64,000 nucleotides of DNA. Origin: Chiloscyllium plagiosum. Its lineage: Eukaryota. The stretch spans positions 25,174,382 through 25,238,381 of the forward strand of contig NC_057734.1 of NCBI RefSeq assembly GCF_004010195.1, written 5' to 3'. Shown here in pieces: positions 12,471 to 25,422 of the stretch. The notes below the pieces were generated by a model, which was not told where the DNA came from, ran no database searches, and saw nothing but the letters and a program-made list of their open reading frames with translations. Both the position numbers and the translations under genes were made by a program. Within the stretch, counting starts at the first letter, position 1. Every line of letters starts with the position of its first letter.

Positions 12471-13960
12471 AGGAGATAAATCTTTCCATGGAGCCATAAG
12501 CTTAAGTATTCACATTTAGGCCTGTTGGAAACCATTGCCTTATTTTCTTCTACACTTGCATAACAGAATATTCTGCATATTATACTTAAAGTCTCTATGA
12601 GCAACTTTTTTCATACTACCAATGTTCTGCAGAAGGTTTCTTTTAATAAGATTGGGCAGGACTTTCAAATACTTTCCTTCTAATCATCATGTACAATTGA
12701 GATCTCATTCAAAGTTATCAAAAACATCTTTCAAAATATATGGCATGTTTTATACAAAAAACAATACTTGCCAAACGTTTTTCTCCATACTTTTCAAATG
12801 TTTCAAGGGTTAAGCTATTATAATGCCTGAGGACCGAAAATAAGGAATAGTGGGTGAGCAGGGGCAGATGAGCTTGGTGGGTGTGGTGAAATTGCAATGA
12901 CTTAGTTGTTGGCATACTTACTTAGGGACCAATTCCCATGTTGGGAAGTCCTGATCAAGCAATAAGAAACGGAAAGTTTTACTCTGTAAATTCAATTAAC
13001 TTGCCCATTAGTAATCATTTTAGTAGAATTGAAAGTTTCTAACTTTAATATTAATTAGAATAAGTTTTCAGTTCTTGGGTGGTCACCTGTTATAACTTAA
13101 CACTGATGACCCATTTAAGATGGTGTGTGTATATAGAGGATACATTTTATAAGTAAAATTATTACTCTATGCTCCTGTAATCCCCTAGTTGGGCACAACT
13201 CTAATAGCAAACTTGCCTCTAAAAACAATGAGACTGCAGCTCAGCAGGAAGTGACCCATACATTCTGCCTCATTCAAAATGAAAATTCTCAAAGTAATAA
13301 GACTGCAATTGGTTGTGTTTGGATAACACATGTCATGTCAAGCACTCAGGATTAGTAATGTTAGAGTTTTCAAAGTAATACTATTGAATAGTTACATGAA
13401 CCCTTCTTGTTTTCTCTGAACTATTGAATCTAAACCTTTACGATATGAAGAGGAAACACTTTTGAGGTATTTCAGTTAGTGTTTGGCAAAATATTAATCT
13501 TCAAAAAGTACAATTTGAATTGAGAAAAGCAAGAATATTTGTAAGCTGTCAGTCAATGCAAAAAGCAAACAAGTTGATCTTTTGAGGGTGGCTCCTTCAA
13601 TGCTAACAAAATGTTCTACACTGGCTGATAACTTGACACTGATCATCACAAATTAAGTTGATACTTGTTCTGCTTAATTCAATAACAGTACAATAGCATG
13701 TTTCATTTTTAAAGTTCTACCATTCCATTCTTTTAGCTGGTTCTTCATAACAATGCATGGTATGGATTAGGGAGTAGCAATAATCTGGTCATGGCAAGCA
13801 CAGCTATTATGCAATTTTGCATTCTATAGGTGCCTCAATATTAATATTGAAGTTTAGTTTACTACCAAAACTATGCTTGATAGGTTTTTTTTCATTAGTT
13901 AACCAGTTTTTCTTCTCCTCTCTCCCCCCCCTCCCCAACCGTGATTCTACATTTTTCCAG

Positions 13961-14145
13961 TTGAAGAACAGCTGCAGTTCAGCAGTGACGAGAATCTCTG
14001 CAGGATCTGTATGGATGCAGTGATCGATTGTGTTCTCCTCGAATGTGGTCACATGGTCACTTGCACGAAATGTGGAAAGCGCATGAATGAATGCCCTATT
14101 TGTCGACAATATGTTGTACGGGCAGTACATGTCTTTAAGTCTTAA
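13961..14145 (+). CDS. RNF34: RNF34 terminal coding exon (C3HC4 RING)
   Basis: [60 protein letters not shown]. Acceptor tttttccag, phase 1. Adjacency to KDM2B supports RNF34 over the paralog RFFL. Confidence 0.95.
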
Positions 14146-14695
14146 ATTTGGGAGGTGTTTGAATGAAGAGAATATGGCTTTTCCTGTTGTTAGATGAAAC
14201 TTGATGGAGAAACATTTTATGCCCATATCAATGACTGTAATTTGTTGTAGCCATTTTGGATAGTTTGGAGGAATGGAATTTCTTTTAATTTACTAAGTTA
14301 TCATTACTTATTACTGGGAGCCTTAAGGAGATCAGAGTTAAACTATGTTAAGGTGCAAAAAAAAATTACTGAATTATAACATTTATCAGCACTAAGTCTG
14401 AGACTCTATGAAGGATATGCTGTGGGGGGGGGGGGGAAAAAGCAAAGATTCTATTTTAAACTTTTCATATCAATTTTATAAGTCTCCTAAAACATTTGCC
14501 ATTTAGTGGATTCATGTGGGATAGAGTAGTCATTAACTAGCCTGCAGACTTGCTCTCAATATGAATTGAGCATCTAGCAGTGTCCAATGAGAACAGAAAG
14601 GAAACCTCACGAGCAATCTTACATTTACTACTAACTATCTTGGTTTCTCATTTTTGATTTCTGTACTTTTTGTATGTTTTTAAAGTTCATTGCCT

Positions 14696-14701
14696 AATAA
14701 A
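14696..14701 (+). promoter_or_regulatory. Candidate RNF34 polyadenylation signal AATAAA
   Basis: Canonical AATAAA ~550 nt after the stop codon, in T-rich context. Confidence 0.45.
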
Positions 14702-17308
14702 GAATTTATTGGAATAGCAATTCAGTCAATTTGACAAATTAGTAAAATCAATATAACTTTGCAAAAATGTTTCTGATCCTGACATGTGCTTTGAGTTTTT
14801 TTGTAGAAATAATGAATATTTTTTCATTCCACTTTATTCTGTTCCTCCTTTCTTTTGTCCTCCTACGTTGTACAGAGTTGCCTGAGTCTAAATGAAGCCT
14901 AAATACTTAAAAGGAGTTGAAACAGCTATTATGCAATTTTACATTAAAAACATTGTCAAATCTGTGGTATTTATTATTTCTAACTGGATTGATTACACTG
15001 GCCTATGGACTCATTAACAACTTAACAGAATTTTCATAAGAACACTGTGCCTTTTAAAAATACAAGTGACTTCTTCAGTGTCCAGTTTGGTAAGTAGTCT
15101 TATGGGCACTTGCTACCAGCGTACAAGTGAGTCTTCAGTGAAAGGGATGAGCAACTATAAGAAAGAGAGCAGAGGAACACTGGCTAGGAGGCAAAGTAAT
15201 AATAACAAACTATATGATGCAAATTGGAAGATGATTACCTTATTTGTATTCCACCTAGGGAAAACAGTAAACCATACATAGACAGGAGAGATATCCTAGC
15301 TGTTGATATCAGGAAAAAACAAACAAGGGGCCTGGTAATACAAACTACACTCATCACTGAACTATCACTGCCTTGTACTCCCCTAGCATATTACCCCTTC
15401 TACTGCAGAACTAGAAATAGATTTATGAATAACTTTTCATTTTACTTCCCCCACTTTAAGATAAATACTTAAGTTTTTGTGGGTTTTAATATCTCTTGCA
15501 GGTTATAAACTGCAACAAAAGCACTTTCTTGGCATAAACAGCAGAGTATTTAGTTCTATGTTCTGACTGCTGACTCCTTATGGACAAAGTCCAAGGTGGG
15601 TCTGTGCTTCCTCTCCATATGTGCAACTTCTCTGCAAAAATCAGATAGGCAGGCACACCAAATGTTTCTCACTTTCAGGCAGAACTGCCTCTTGAACATT
15701 TAGCAAACAAAGGAAGCTTAGTACATTACAAGGTGGTAAACATGGTAAAACCTGTTGCCATTTATGTTAGGTTTTCACTGGCACAACAGCTGATGAAACT
15801 TAGTAAAGTTTGCACCATAGCAATTAATGTATTTAATTGCCAATGCATTACCCTTAATGATAAAAGATCAACTTTTGAGTCCTGGTTCTACTTTTCTTGA
15901 CAGCCAACCCCACCTCCTTTTACAATTTCATTTCTATTATTTTTGAAAATCACTGGTGTATACTTTGAGAAACTGACTGCATCTCCTGCTCTACTAATGT
16001 AATACACTATTTATTTTTCAGAAACCTTCCCATCAATGTTCTGTTTTCTTTGTTGGATAGTTTTTGGGAAGCAGAGAGAAGGGAAGAGAACTTCTTAAAG
16101 TATTAATTTATCCACGTGCTCACCGCATACAGATATCATTCTCCTTTGGTCTTTGCTATTCCACTCTATCAGTAATGCATTTTCTCCGACTTGTACAGTA
16201 TTCTTTACTGAACGGAAGTCTAAGAAATCTCTTGTGAGTTTAAAGTTAATCTCAATAACCGAAGCTATACAAAGGACAACCTGATCAAGGGCTAAGATTT
16301 AAGGCAATTTGAATTGTAGCACTGGGCATAAATTGTAACGAACACAAAATTAATTCTTGTCTTCCCCTATCCTTAATTTGCATCTTATTTACATGCATAA
16401 CAAACTCAAAAGACAAAATGGGGTGGAAACCATTGTTTTCTCTGTGAAAACGATCATTTTCATTTAGAGAAGTATTTAAAAAAAGTTGTGTTGTACAGCA
16501 CCTTGAGTATTGTTCCCCTGTGAATCTAACAATAGTTCCGTACACAGCTTTCAAGACAGGTTTTATACAAATTCAGCAATGACAAACAGCAAATGGGAAA
16601 ACCAATATCTCGTTACTTTACGGTATCATTACTGCTGCTAAGCTGCTTGCCTTAAAGGCAGGCGATGATGGCACATACAAACATCACAAAGATCATTCCA
16701 CATAGAACATGTGAAACTTTACAGAGATTAAATCACAAGTAACAAACAGGGAAATTGAAATAAATTGGAATTCAATTGTATATAAGTAATAATGTTACAT
16801 TGGAATTATTGAAATTTCCCCACTACTCTCAATAAAGTAATTTCTGTACAAAAATATTTCTGCATAATGTATGATATGTAGAGTTTAACAAAACAACAAT
16901 ATTTATAACATGGTCAAAATGTGTGGTCAAAGATGCTTGTTTTAAGACTCTTTTTAAAAGAACTGAACAAATTAAAATTTACACTGCACATGCTTTAGTT
17001 GTAAAACGTGCACAAAAAAGTTAGTTTTTTTCATTTTTTTTCTTGCCATTTAGGTTTATACAAATACAAACACTTGTGCGTCAGTGTCCTTTTATAACAT
17101 TATTAAAACTTAGGAAATAAATTTGAATTTTGGACTGATTTTTCAGATGTGGAAAAGTTTTTGTTAGGATGAGCAGCTTTTGTCCTCTCCACAGTTCATC
17201 CTTATCCTTTTGTCTGATGCCAGTAACATGAGCAGAATCTGGGTGTAATTAAATCTCAGAAGAAATTAAACATCCTGTTGTATGGTTCCAGTTCTTCCTC
17301 TTGCTTAG

Positions 17309-17490
17309 TTAACTGAGTTTTTGTAAGAGTTTTTCCTCTGACAAATTGAACTGAACAATAACAGACATTTCTGCTATGAATTGTTCACAACCTTCTTTTG
17401 TTACCTGTTTGCAGTAACGGAGGTCTATTCGGCAGATATTACCACAACGTTTGAAATAGGTTAGGCACTGGTCAGTGACTTTATTGCAAA
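17309..17490 (-). CDS. KDM2B: KDM2B terminal coding exon (LRR)
   Basis: [59 protein letters not shown]; acceptor ttcttcag, phase 1. Confidence 0.95.
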
Positions 17491-18262
17491 CTGAAGAAGA
17501 AGAACATTATGCAAGTTAAGTATGGCAATGATATACTAGTATTCCTCAACTTAAAGTGTTGTGTTCACTTTCACATGTTATGAGACACATGAGTAGAACT
17601 AAATCCAAAAAGTGATGGGGTGAGTTATAAGAATAGACCAAAAAATAGTTCAAGGAGTAATCATATGGAATTTTGGAAAATTACTTTAAAATATAGATAG
17701 AAAGTAAAATCAAATGACATGAATGTAATTAGTTTAATGTTATGTGAACAATATATTGGAGAAAACTTAATACTGATGGATTATTCTAAATATGTATCAA
17801 GGTAACAGCAAAGTATTGTAGGTAGAATGCACTAATTCATTAAATAGAAGAAATCTAATTAACATCTGATTTCTAATGCTTTTAACAGCAATTTATTCCT
17901 GTTGAAATCCCTCACCTTGGTTGCACAGGTAAAGACAAAGGGGAGAACTCAGCCAGTATTCCACTCTAAATTGATACTTAGACCATACACTGGATAGTGC
18001 TGCTAAAGACAGAACTGGCCCATCTGCCATGCTTTAGCAGATTGTCAAATGTCATTAAGATTGTTCACAAAAATATTCTGGGTCTGAGCAATAAAGTAAT
18101 CAATTATTGTTTATTCCACCATGTCCTAAAAAGTCCACAGAGGGCTTTGCATTACAGACTGAAGCAATGCATAATGATACGCCTATAAAGGGTAAAAAAA
18201 TTTCAGGATACTAATCCATGACAATTAAAGAACTGCAAAACAGGGTGGTGAGAGAGATTTAG

Positions 18263-18358
18263 TGGTCATGGTGTTGTCAGAACAGAGCTTGTCATGGCAT
18301 TGTCAGGACAGAGCTGGTCATGGCATTGTCAGGACAGAACTGGTCATGTCCTTATCAG
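18263..18358. repeat. 26-bp minisatellite, ~3.7 copies
   Basis: Unit tggtcatggcattgtcaggacagagc starting at 18263, 18289, 18315 and 18341. Confidence 0.85.
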
Positions 18359-18412
18359 TACTAGAGATTGCAAAGGAAGAACTTATGGGTTAAATAGTTG
18401 AGTTATTACAGT

Positions 18413-19150
18413 ACACGTTGGACTCAACTGGGCCCCTACTGTGGTTGAGTGGTAGTGTCCCTACCGCTGGTCCGAGAGACCCAGATTAGAGTCTCACCTC
18501 CTGTAGAGGTGTGTAATTACAACTCTGAACATGCTGATTTACAAAATAGGTTAACAAGGGAAACTTGTGTCTCTACCTCTGGATCCGGAGGCCTGGATTC
18601 AAGTCTCACCTGCCCCAGAGGTGTGAAATTAAATTTAAAAAATACACATCGGACTCTGGGTCCCCTTGTGGTGCTATGATAGTATCCTTATCCCTTGACT
18701 GGGAGGCCTGATGAGCAAGTTCCACTTGCTTTAGAGGTGAGTCATAACATCTCTAAAGAAGTTGTTTAGAAATCTATGTTAAATTTTTTAAAAAATTAAA
18801 ACCTCACATAAGTTTGCAGCTGGAAAGATATCAGAAACATTGGAGTTGAGTAAATAGCTGGGCAAATACATAAACAAAGCAGACCCAGAAGGTGGCTCTT
18901 GTGGTGCAGTGTTAAGTGTTAGTGTCCAAAAAAACTAAAGCAGGCCCATACATCTCTGAACAGATTGATTAGAAAAATAGTTAATAAAATTACATTGGAC
19001 TCAGGCACTCTTATTGTGCAGTTATACTGTCCCTAACTCTGGACGAAGAGGCCCAGATTCAAGTGCCACCTGCTCTAAAGGTATGTAATTATACCTCTAA
19101 ACAAGTTGATTAGAAATTGGGTTAAATACAAAAATTACGCATTGGACTCA
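18413..19150 (+). repeat. Head-to-tail cluster of ~5 degenerate short tRNA-like SINE units
   Basis: Repeated cttgtggtgcagtg..tagtgtccct...gaggcc..gattcaagt..cacctgct..agaggtgtg..ata..ctctgaaca..tgattagaaa; several units are preceded by ttggactca. Confidence 0.65.
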
Positions 19151-19756
19151 AAATGTGCAGGAGTCAAAACATTGTGTAAAGTACCACAAGAGCCAATTAA
19201 GTGACCTGTTTAATTTTGATTTGGAGATGCCGGTGTTGTACTGGGGTGTACAAAGTTGTGTGATTTTAAACTTTGTTTCATTTTGAATGGTGTTGACCTT
19301 TATGGTGTTGGCTGACACTCAACATAAATGTTGCCAATGATTAAGCAGCTTCTGGAAGTGAGCCTTTCAGCTCAAAGGACCCAATCTCTGCCTGCCTCTG
19401 GTTGGCTTATTATGTTGTTTGTGTGGCTGGTCCAGTGAAGGTTTTAATCAGTTATTACATCCAAGATGATGATGGTACAGGGTCGGTTGCGGTTATGCCA
19501 CTGAAGGTTATAACTAACTTGTATATTTAATGGAGTAGATCATGACCTGGCACTTGTGTGCTACAAATGTTTTTGCTATTTATCACCTGTTTATTATCCA
19601 GATCCTAATACTAGCACAGTCTAATTATCAGAAGAGTTATGAACACTGTCTTACTTCTAAATAAAATGATGATAGGAATGTCGTTGATCTAGTAGCTGAA
19701 GATTTTTCTTTGGCAGTGTGGTACATCAAAGCTACCACAAGTTCCAAAATTATACT

Positions 19757-20727
19757 CTGGATCAGTGGTGCTGGAAGAGCACAACAGTTCAGGCAGCATC
19801 CGAGGAGCAGTAAAATCGACGTTTCGGGCAAAAGCCCTTCATCAGGAATAAAGGCAGAGAGCCTGAAGGGTGGAGAGATAAGCTAGAGGAGGGTGGGGGT
19901 GGGGAGAAAGTAGCATNNNNNNNNNNNNNNNNNNNNNNNNNNNNNNNNNNNNNNNNNNNNNNNNNNNNNNNNNNNNNNNNNNNNNNNNNNNNNNNNNNNN
20001 NNNNNNNNNNNNNNNNNNNNNNNNNNNNNNNNNNNNNNNNNNNNNNNNNNNNNNNNNNNNNNTCCCCATTGTAGAGGAGACCGCATCGGGAGCAACGGAT
20101 ACAATAGATGATATTAGTGGATGTGCAGGTAGAACTTTGATGGATGTGGAAGGCTCCTTTAGGGCCTTGGATGGAGGTGAGGGAGGAGGTGTGGGCACAG
20201 GTTTGCAGTTCCTGCGGTGGCAGGGGAAGGTGCCAGAATGGGGTGGGTTGTAGGGGGGGCGTGGACCTGACCAGGTAGTCACGGAGGGAACGGTCTTTGC
20301 GGAAGGCGGAAAGGGGTGGGGAGGGAAATATATCCCTGGTGGTGGAAATGTCGGCGGATGATTTGGTTTATGCGAAGGTTGGTAGGGCCCATACGTGTGC
20401 CCACGGCTACCCCTTTGGTCTGGAGGAAGTGGGAGGATTCGAAGGAGAAATTGTTAAGGGTGAGGACCAGTTCGGCCAAACGAATGAGAGTGTCGGTGGA
20501 AGGGTACTGTTGGGGACATTGGGAGAGGAAAAAACTGAGGTCTTGGAGGCCCTGGTCATGGCTGATGGAGGTGTAGAGGGATTGGATATCCATGGTGAAG
20601 ATGAGGCATTGGGTGCCAGGGAAACGTCGATTTTACTGCTCGTCGGATGCTGCCTGAACTGCTGTGCTCTTCCAGCACCACTAATCCAGAATCTGGTTTC
20701 CAGCATCTGCAGTCATTGTTTTTACCC
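19757..20727 (-). mobile_element. Penelope-like element with inverted pLTRs and 14-bp TSD
   Basis: RT motifs MDIQSLYTSI...LAELVLTLNNFSF...KGVAVGTRMGP and GIY-YIG-region Cys motifs on -. pLTR on - at 19757-19900 and on + at 20621-20727. TSD tccaaaattatact at 19743-19756 and 20728-20741. Confidence 0.85.
19815..19849 (-). ncRNA. Minimal type I hammerhead ribozyme motif (PLE-associated), intact core
   Basis: Minus strand: attc CTGATGA a gggc tttt gccc GAAAC GTC gat. Self-complementary ACGT stem III, typical of dimer-forming PLE hammerheads. Confidence 0.7.
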
Positions 20728-21010
20728 TCCAAAATTATACTGTTAGTTGTCAGAACTTGGAAAAATCTGATCCTTATAATACACACTGCTCAAGTAGCAA
20801 GTTGTAAAATTTAACTAAATTTTTATTTTCAACTTTATAGCATTTAATTAGATTGATTTGAACTAGGAAAACAATATTTTCACTGTAGCATAGGAATTTA
20901 TTTTATGTTCTAAACTGTATACACAATCAAACAAATTACTTGCAAAGCAATTAAAAGTTAAATTTCACCAATTTTAGCTTAAATAATAACTCAAAATGCA
21001 CATTTCTCAC

Positions 21011-21229
21011 CTGATAGATTGACATCTGTTAAGGAATCTCTAGTTGTAGTGCCAACTGCCGTTAATAGGTTAATTGATTGATCTGTCAGATGATTGCAGT
21101 AACTAAGGTCCAGTCTGGATAATGTTGGCATGTGTCTAATAAGAAGCCGGAGTGTTGCATCTGTAATGTCCAGTCCAGCCAGACGAAGGTCTACCACATT
21201 TCGTAGCTTGCTGCGATTGTCAATTTGAC
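21011..21229 (-). CDS. KDM2B: KDM2B exon (LRR)
   Basis: [73 protein letters not shown]; AG/GTGAG; 219 nt, phase 1/1. Confidence 0.95.
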
Positions 21230-21878
21230 CTTTCAATTATGACAAGAAACTTATTAATAAAATCATAAGAAATAGAGAAGTAGGCAACTTAGCTCTTCTC
21301 TCATTCCACCATTCAACAAGATAATGACTGATCTGTACCAGGCCTCAGTTACTTATCATAGTTCTCAACTCCCCAATGTTCCAAAGATTTATATACCTCC
21401 TGTTTAAATAGTTAAGTAGAGAATTTCAAACTCTCACCTGCCCTCTGGAAAAAGAAATTCTTTTGCACCTTGGTTTTAAATGAGATTCCCTAGTTCCACC
21501 CTGTCAAGCCTGCTCAGAATCTTGTATGTTTCAAATCAGTCACCCCTCATTTTCCCTCATCACTGATAAATAAAGGCCTAACCTGTTTACCCACTCTGTA
21601 TCAATCTATCCAATTAACCACCATCTAATGAGAGAGTAGCTAAATGGTCTGATTGGACTATTGCGACTTTACTCTTAATTGTTGTAAAACTATTTTTCCA
21701 AATCCAACCCCCAAACACTCGAGGCAGAAATTCAATTTGCCTTAATCACTTGTTGCACTTGCATGCTAACCTTTTGTATTTCATGTACAGGAAGACCCAG
21801 ATCCTTCTGTACTGCACATTTCTGGAGACCCCCACTGTTTAAATGATAGCCTGCCTCTTGGTTCTTCCTAATGAAATG

Positions 21879-23362
21879 TAGTTGTCGTGGGTACGTTTGC
21901 CGAGCTGAAAAGTTGGTTTGCAGCCATTTCGTCCCCTGTCTGGGCAACATCCTCAGTGCTGTGGAGCCTCCTGTATTGTGTCGGTTGGAATTTATTTGCT
22001 TTTGTTCCTTCTGCTTCCGGTTGTTCGTTGCAGTGGTTGGTATATTGGGTCTAGGTCAATGTGTTTATTGAAGAAGTCCATGGCTGAGTGTCACGCTCCT
22101 AGAAATTCTCTGGCTGTCCTCCGTTTGGCTTGTCCTATTATTATTGTGTCATCTCAGCCAGACTTAGGATGCTTGTCTGTCTGCCAGGCATCTGTGGATG
22201 AAGTTGTGGGGATATCTGTTTTTGGCAAAGACTTTATAGAGGTGTGCTTCTTACTCTCTTCGCAAATCGAGTGCTGCAGTGTGTTGTATTCTTTTTGAAC
22301 AGAGTCCTAATGCAGCTAATCATGTGTTTGGGTGGGTGCTGTTATAATTCAGGATCTTGTCAGTGTGTGTGACTTTTCTGTACACTTTTGCTGTGCGTTC
22401 CCCATTGTGTTCTTTCTACTATCAAATGTAGGAATAGAAGTTGGTTGTTAACTTCCTCGTCTCTTCTAAATTTGATCCCTGTGAGCTTGGTGTTGATAAT
22501 CTAGTGTGTGCTCTCAATCACTGTCCTTTAATTATTACAAATGTGTCATCCACGTATCTGATCCAAAGTTTGGGTTGGATTTGTGGAAAGGCTGTTCTAG
22601 TCTTTGTATCACTACTTCTGCTGTAAGCCCGGAGATGGATGAGCCTATGGGCCATTGGTTTGAACATATATCTGCTGCTGAATATGAACTGCATTGTTAA
22701 GCACAGGTCCAGCAGTTTGAGCATGCAGTCCTTGTTGATTGGTTCTTCATTGTGTAGTCTGTTCTGTTTGTCCACAAGGTTGGCTATTGTACATGAACTG
22801 ACATCCACGCTCCGACAACAGTTCACCAGAACAAAAGATTCAATAACCATCAGGTGCAGGACAAACATGGTGCACGAGATTCCATGCAGAGACTGCACAA
22901 AACACTATATAGAACAAACAGGCAGACAACTAGCAATCCGCATTCATAAACATCAACTGCCACTAAACACCTTCGTAGCTATACACACAGACAGCAAGCA
23001 CCACATATTCGACGGGGACAACATAACAATAACAGGCCAAGCCAAACTGAGGTCAGTCAGAGAATTTCTAGAAGCATGGCATTCATCCACAGACTCCATC
23101 AATAAACACATTGACCTCGACCAAATGTACGGACCCTATATGCAACGAACAAATGGAACCGGCAACCGGAAGCAGCAGGAATGAAACCAAATAAATTCCA
23201 ACCGACACAGTACAGCAGTACTTCACATGAGGTGCCACAGCATTCAGGATGTCACCGAGAAAGGGGTTGAAACGTCTGCAAACCAACTTCCCAGCTTGGT
23301 GAACATAACCACAACAAGTGCAACTGGCAACCAAGCTACAAATCTTTACACAAACCTTGAAC
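21879..23362. mobile_element. Second-family Penelope-like element with internal inversion and 13-bp TSD
   Basis: RT motif PKLWIRYVDDTFVII on -. GIY-YIG region TNMVHEIPCRDCTKHYIEQTGRQLAIRIHKH on +. Inverted terminal pLTRs. TSD tcctaatgaa(a/g)tg at 21866-21878 and 23363-23375. Confidence 0.8.
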
Positions 23363-23640
23363 TCCTAATGAAGTGCTTGACTTCAAACTTTTCTATATTA
23401 ACTTTCATCTGCCAAGTTTGACCACTCTGTCCATCTACACTACCTTGCAGGTTTTGTATATCCTCATCACAACAAAACTCCCACCTATTTTTGTACCAAA
23501 GTAAATTTGTAAACATTATACTCTGCCCTCTCAAATCATTATAAATAGTAAATAATTGAGGTCCTAGGACTGATCCTTATGGCACTTTATTAATTACATT
23601 TTCTAACCTGGAAAAGTCAATCCCAATTGTGTCTTGTATA

Positions 23641-24270
23641 TAGAGTCACAGAGATGTATAGCATGGAAACAGACCCTTCGGTCCAATCTATCCATGCCGA
23701 CCAGATATCCCAACCCAATCTAGTCCCACTTACCAGCACCCGGCCCATATCCCTCCAAACCCTTCCTATTCATATACCCATCCAAATGCCTCTTAAATGT
23801 TGCAATTGTACCAGCCTCCACCACATCCTCTGGCAGCTCATTCCATAAACGTACCACCCTCTGCGTGGAAAAAGTTGCCCCTTAGATCTCTTTTNNNNNN
23901 NNNNNNNNNNNNNNNNNNNNNNNNNNNNNNNNNNNNNNNNNNNNNNNNNNNNNNNNNNNNNNNNNNNNNNNNNNNNNNNNNNNNNNNNNNNNNNNNNNNN
24001 NNNNNNNNNNNNNNNNNNNNNNNNNNNNNNNNNNNNNNNNNNNNNNNNNNNNNNNNNNNNNNNNNNNNNNNNNNNNNNNNNNNNNNNNNNNNNNNNNTCC
24101 ACTTTCAAGGAGCTATGAACCTGCACTCCAAGGTCTCTTTGTTCAGCAACACTCCCTAGGACCTTACCATTAAGTGTATAAGTCCTGCTAAGATTTGCTT
24201 TCCCAAAATGCAGTACCTCACATTTATCTGAATTAAACTCCATCTGCCACTTCTCAGCCCATTGGCCCAT
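23641..24270 (-). mobile_element. Young CR1 (HER1-like) LINE 3' portion containing an N-gap
   Basis: WAEKWQMEFNSDKCEVLHFG...EQRDLGVQVHSSLKV; 3'UTR nearly identical to 600-845. Confidence 0.85.
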
Positions 24271-24589
24271 CTATGTTAACCAATCCTCAATCCATGTTAA
24301 TACATTATCCCCAAATACCGTGAACTTCTTTCTTGTGAAATAACCTTTTATGTGACATCTTATCACTATATAAATGATTCATAGATTCTTTCTCTGTGGT
24401 CTTCAAAGAAAATTATGAAATCAGAATGCTTAAAAAAAAGTTAAATACAAGTACAGAAGGGACCAATTGTAGCAAAGGAATTTTATTTTGAAGACAGCAT
24501 TCAATTCAGCATTGCTATTGAAGAGATTTCCACATGCTATTCGAGAAGAATCTAGCATATCAATAAATGCGAGAAAACAGAGCTGTAGG

Positions 24590-25330
24590 CATTTTGACTT
24601 AAGAATGGAAGCACGTGGATTATAACCTGAATATCAATTTAATTTTGAACTACACATGTTGTGAGTTTTCTGTGCTTGATGTAAGAAATCAAGCCTCCTC
24701 CAAGCCACGTCAACTTGAAACATGGACATGCCAGCAATCAGGCAATCCACAAAAACTTTTGGAACAACGTTTGAAACTGATGGTCATGTAGTGGAATGCT
24801 GCAGTGGATGATTCATCTCAGACTCTTTCCCAGCTCTTCATTAACTGGCTTCTCCAAAAATTAGATTTACTCCATTGATATAAAGAAACAGTCATATAGA
24901 CTAGATCAGCAGCATGGAACTGACAACTTATCAGCCAAACACTTGATGGGTATGCTCTGGAACTAGCCAAGCTATCCCAACATAGCTACAACAATGATAT
25001 CTACCTGACAAACTGTAACATTACTCACGTATGTCTTATCCATAAAATGTAGGGCATGTGACACTTACTCACCAAAACCTCTCCTCATATTCAGGATGGG
25101 CTCTGCGGAGATTGCTCAACTCCACACCTCATCACAGCTTTGTCCAAATATGGATAAACAAACTGCATTCTAGAGAGAAGGTGAGAGTGACCCTCCTTGA
25201 TATCAAGACAGCATTTGACTGAATGTGACATCAAGGAGCCCTAATAAAATCACTGTCAGAGGGAGATGGAGAGGTAGTGGTGAAGGGGGGGCTTATTCAT
25301 TGACTGGAATCATACATAGCACAAAGGATG
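24590..25330 (+). mobile_element. Decayed LINE RT fragment (CR1/L2 group)
   Basis: Remnants such as cttgatatcaagacagcatttgactgaatgtgacatcaagga (LDIKTAFD.x.HQG). Confidence 0.45.
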
Positions 25331-25422
25331 AGGTACAATTAATGGGTTTTAATTAACACAAAAAAACTAAGTGACGAGATGCAGTATAGCTTAAAACATA
25401 GCAAGTTATAAAGATTTCCTAC

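Larger units (their letters stand above)
21270..24390 (-). mobile_element. Old CR1 LINE interrupted by a PLE (21879-23362) and a younger CR1 (23641-24270)
   Basis: Minus-strand CR1 motifs (QKDLGLPVHE..KVSMQVQQVIKAN; WQMKVNIEKFEV) continue across both insertions. Confidence 0.65.

Noticed and set aside
13807-14226. 139-aa minus ORF
   Set aside because: Antisense shadow of the RNF34 RING exon.
18263-18358. CRISPR-like periodic repeat
   Set aside because: Contiguous 26-bp units with no unique spacers, no cas genes, and a vertebrate context.
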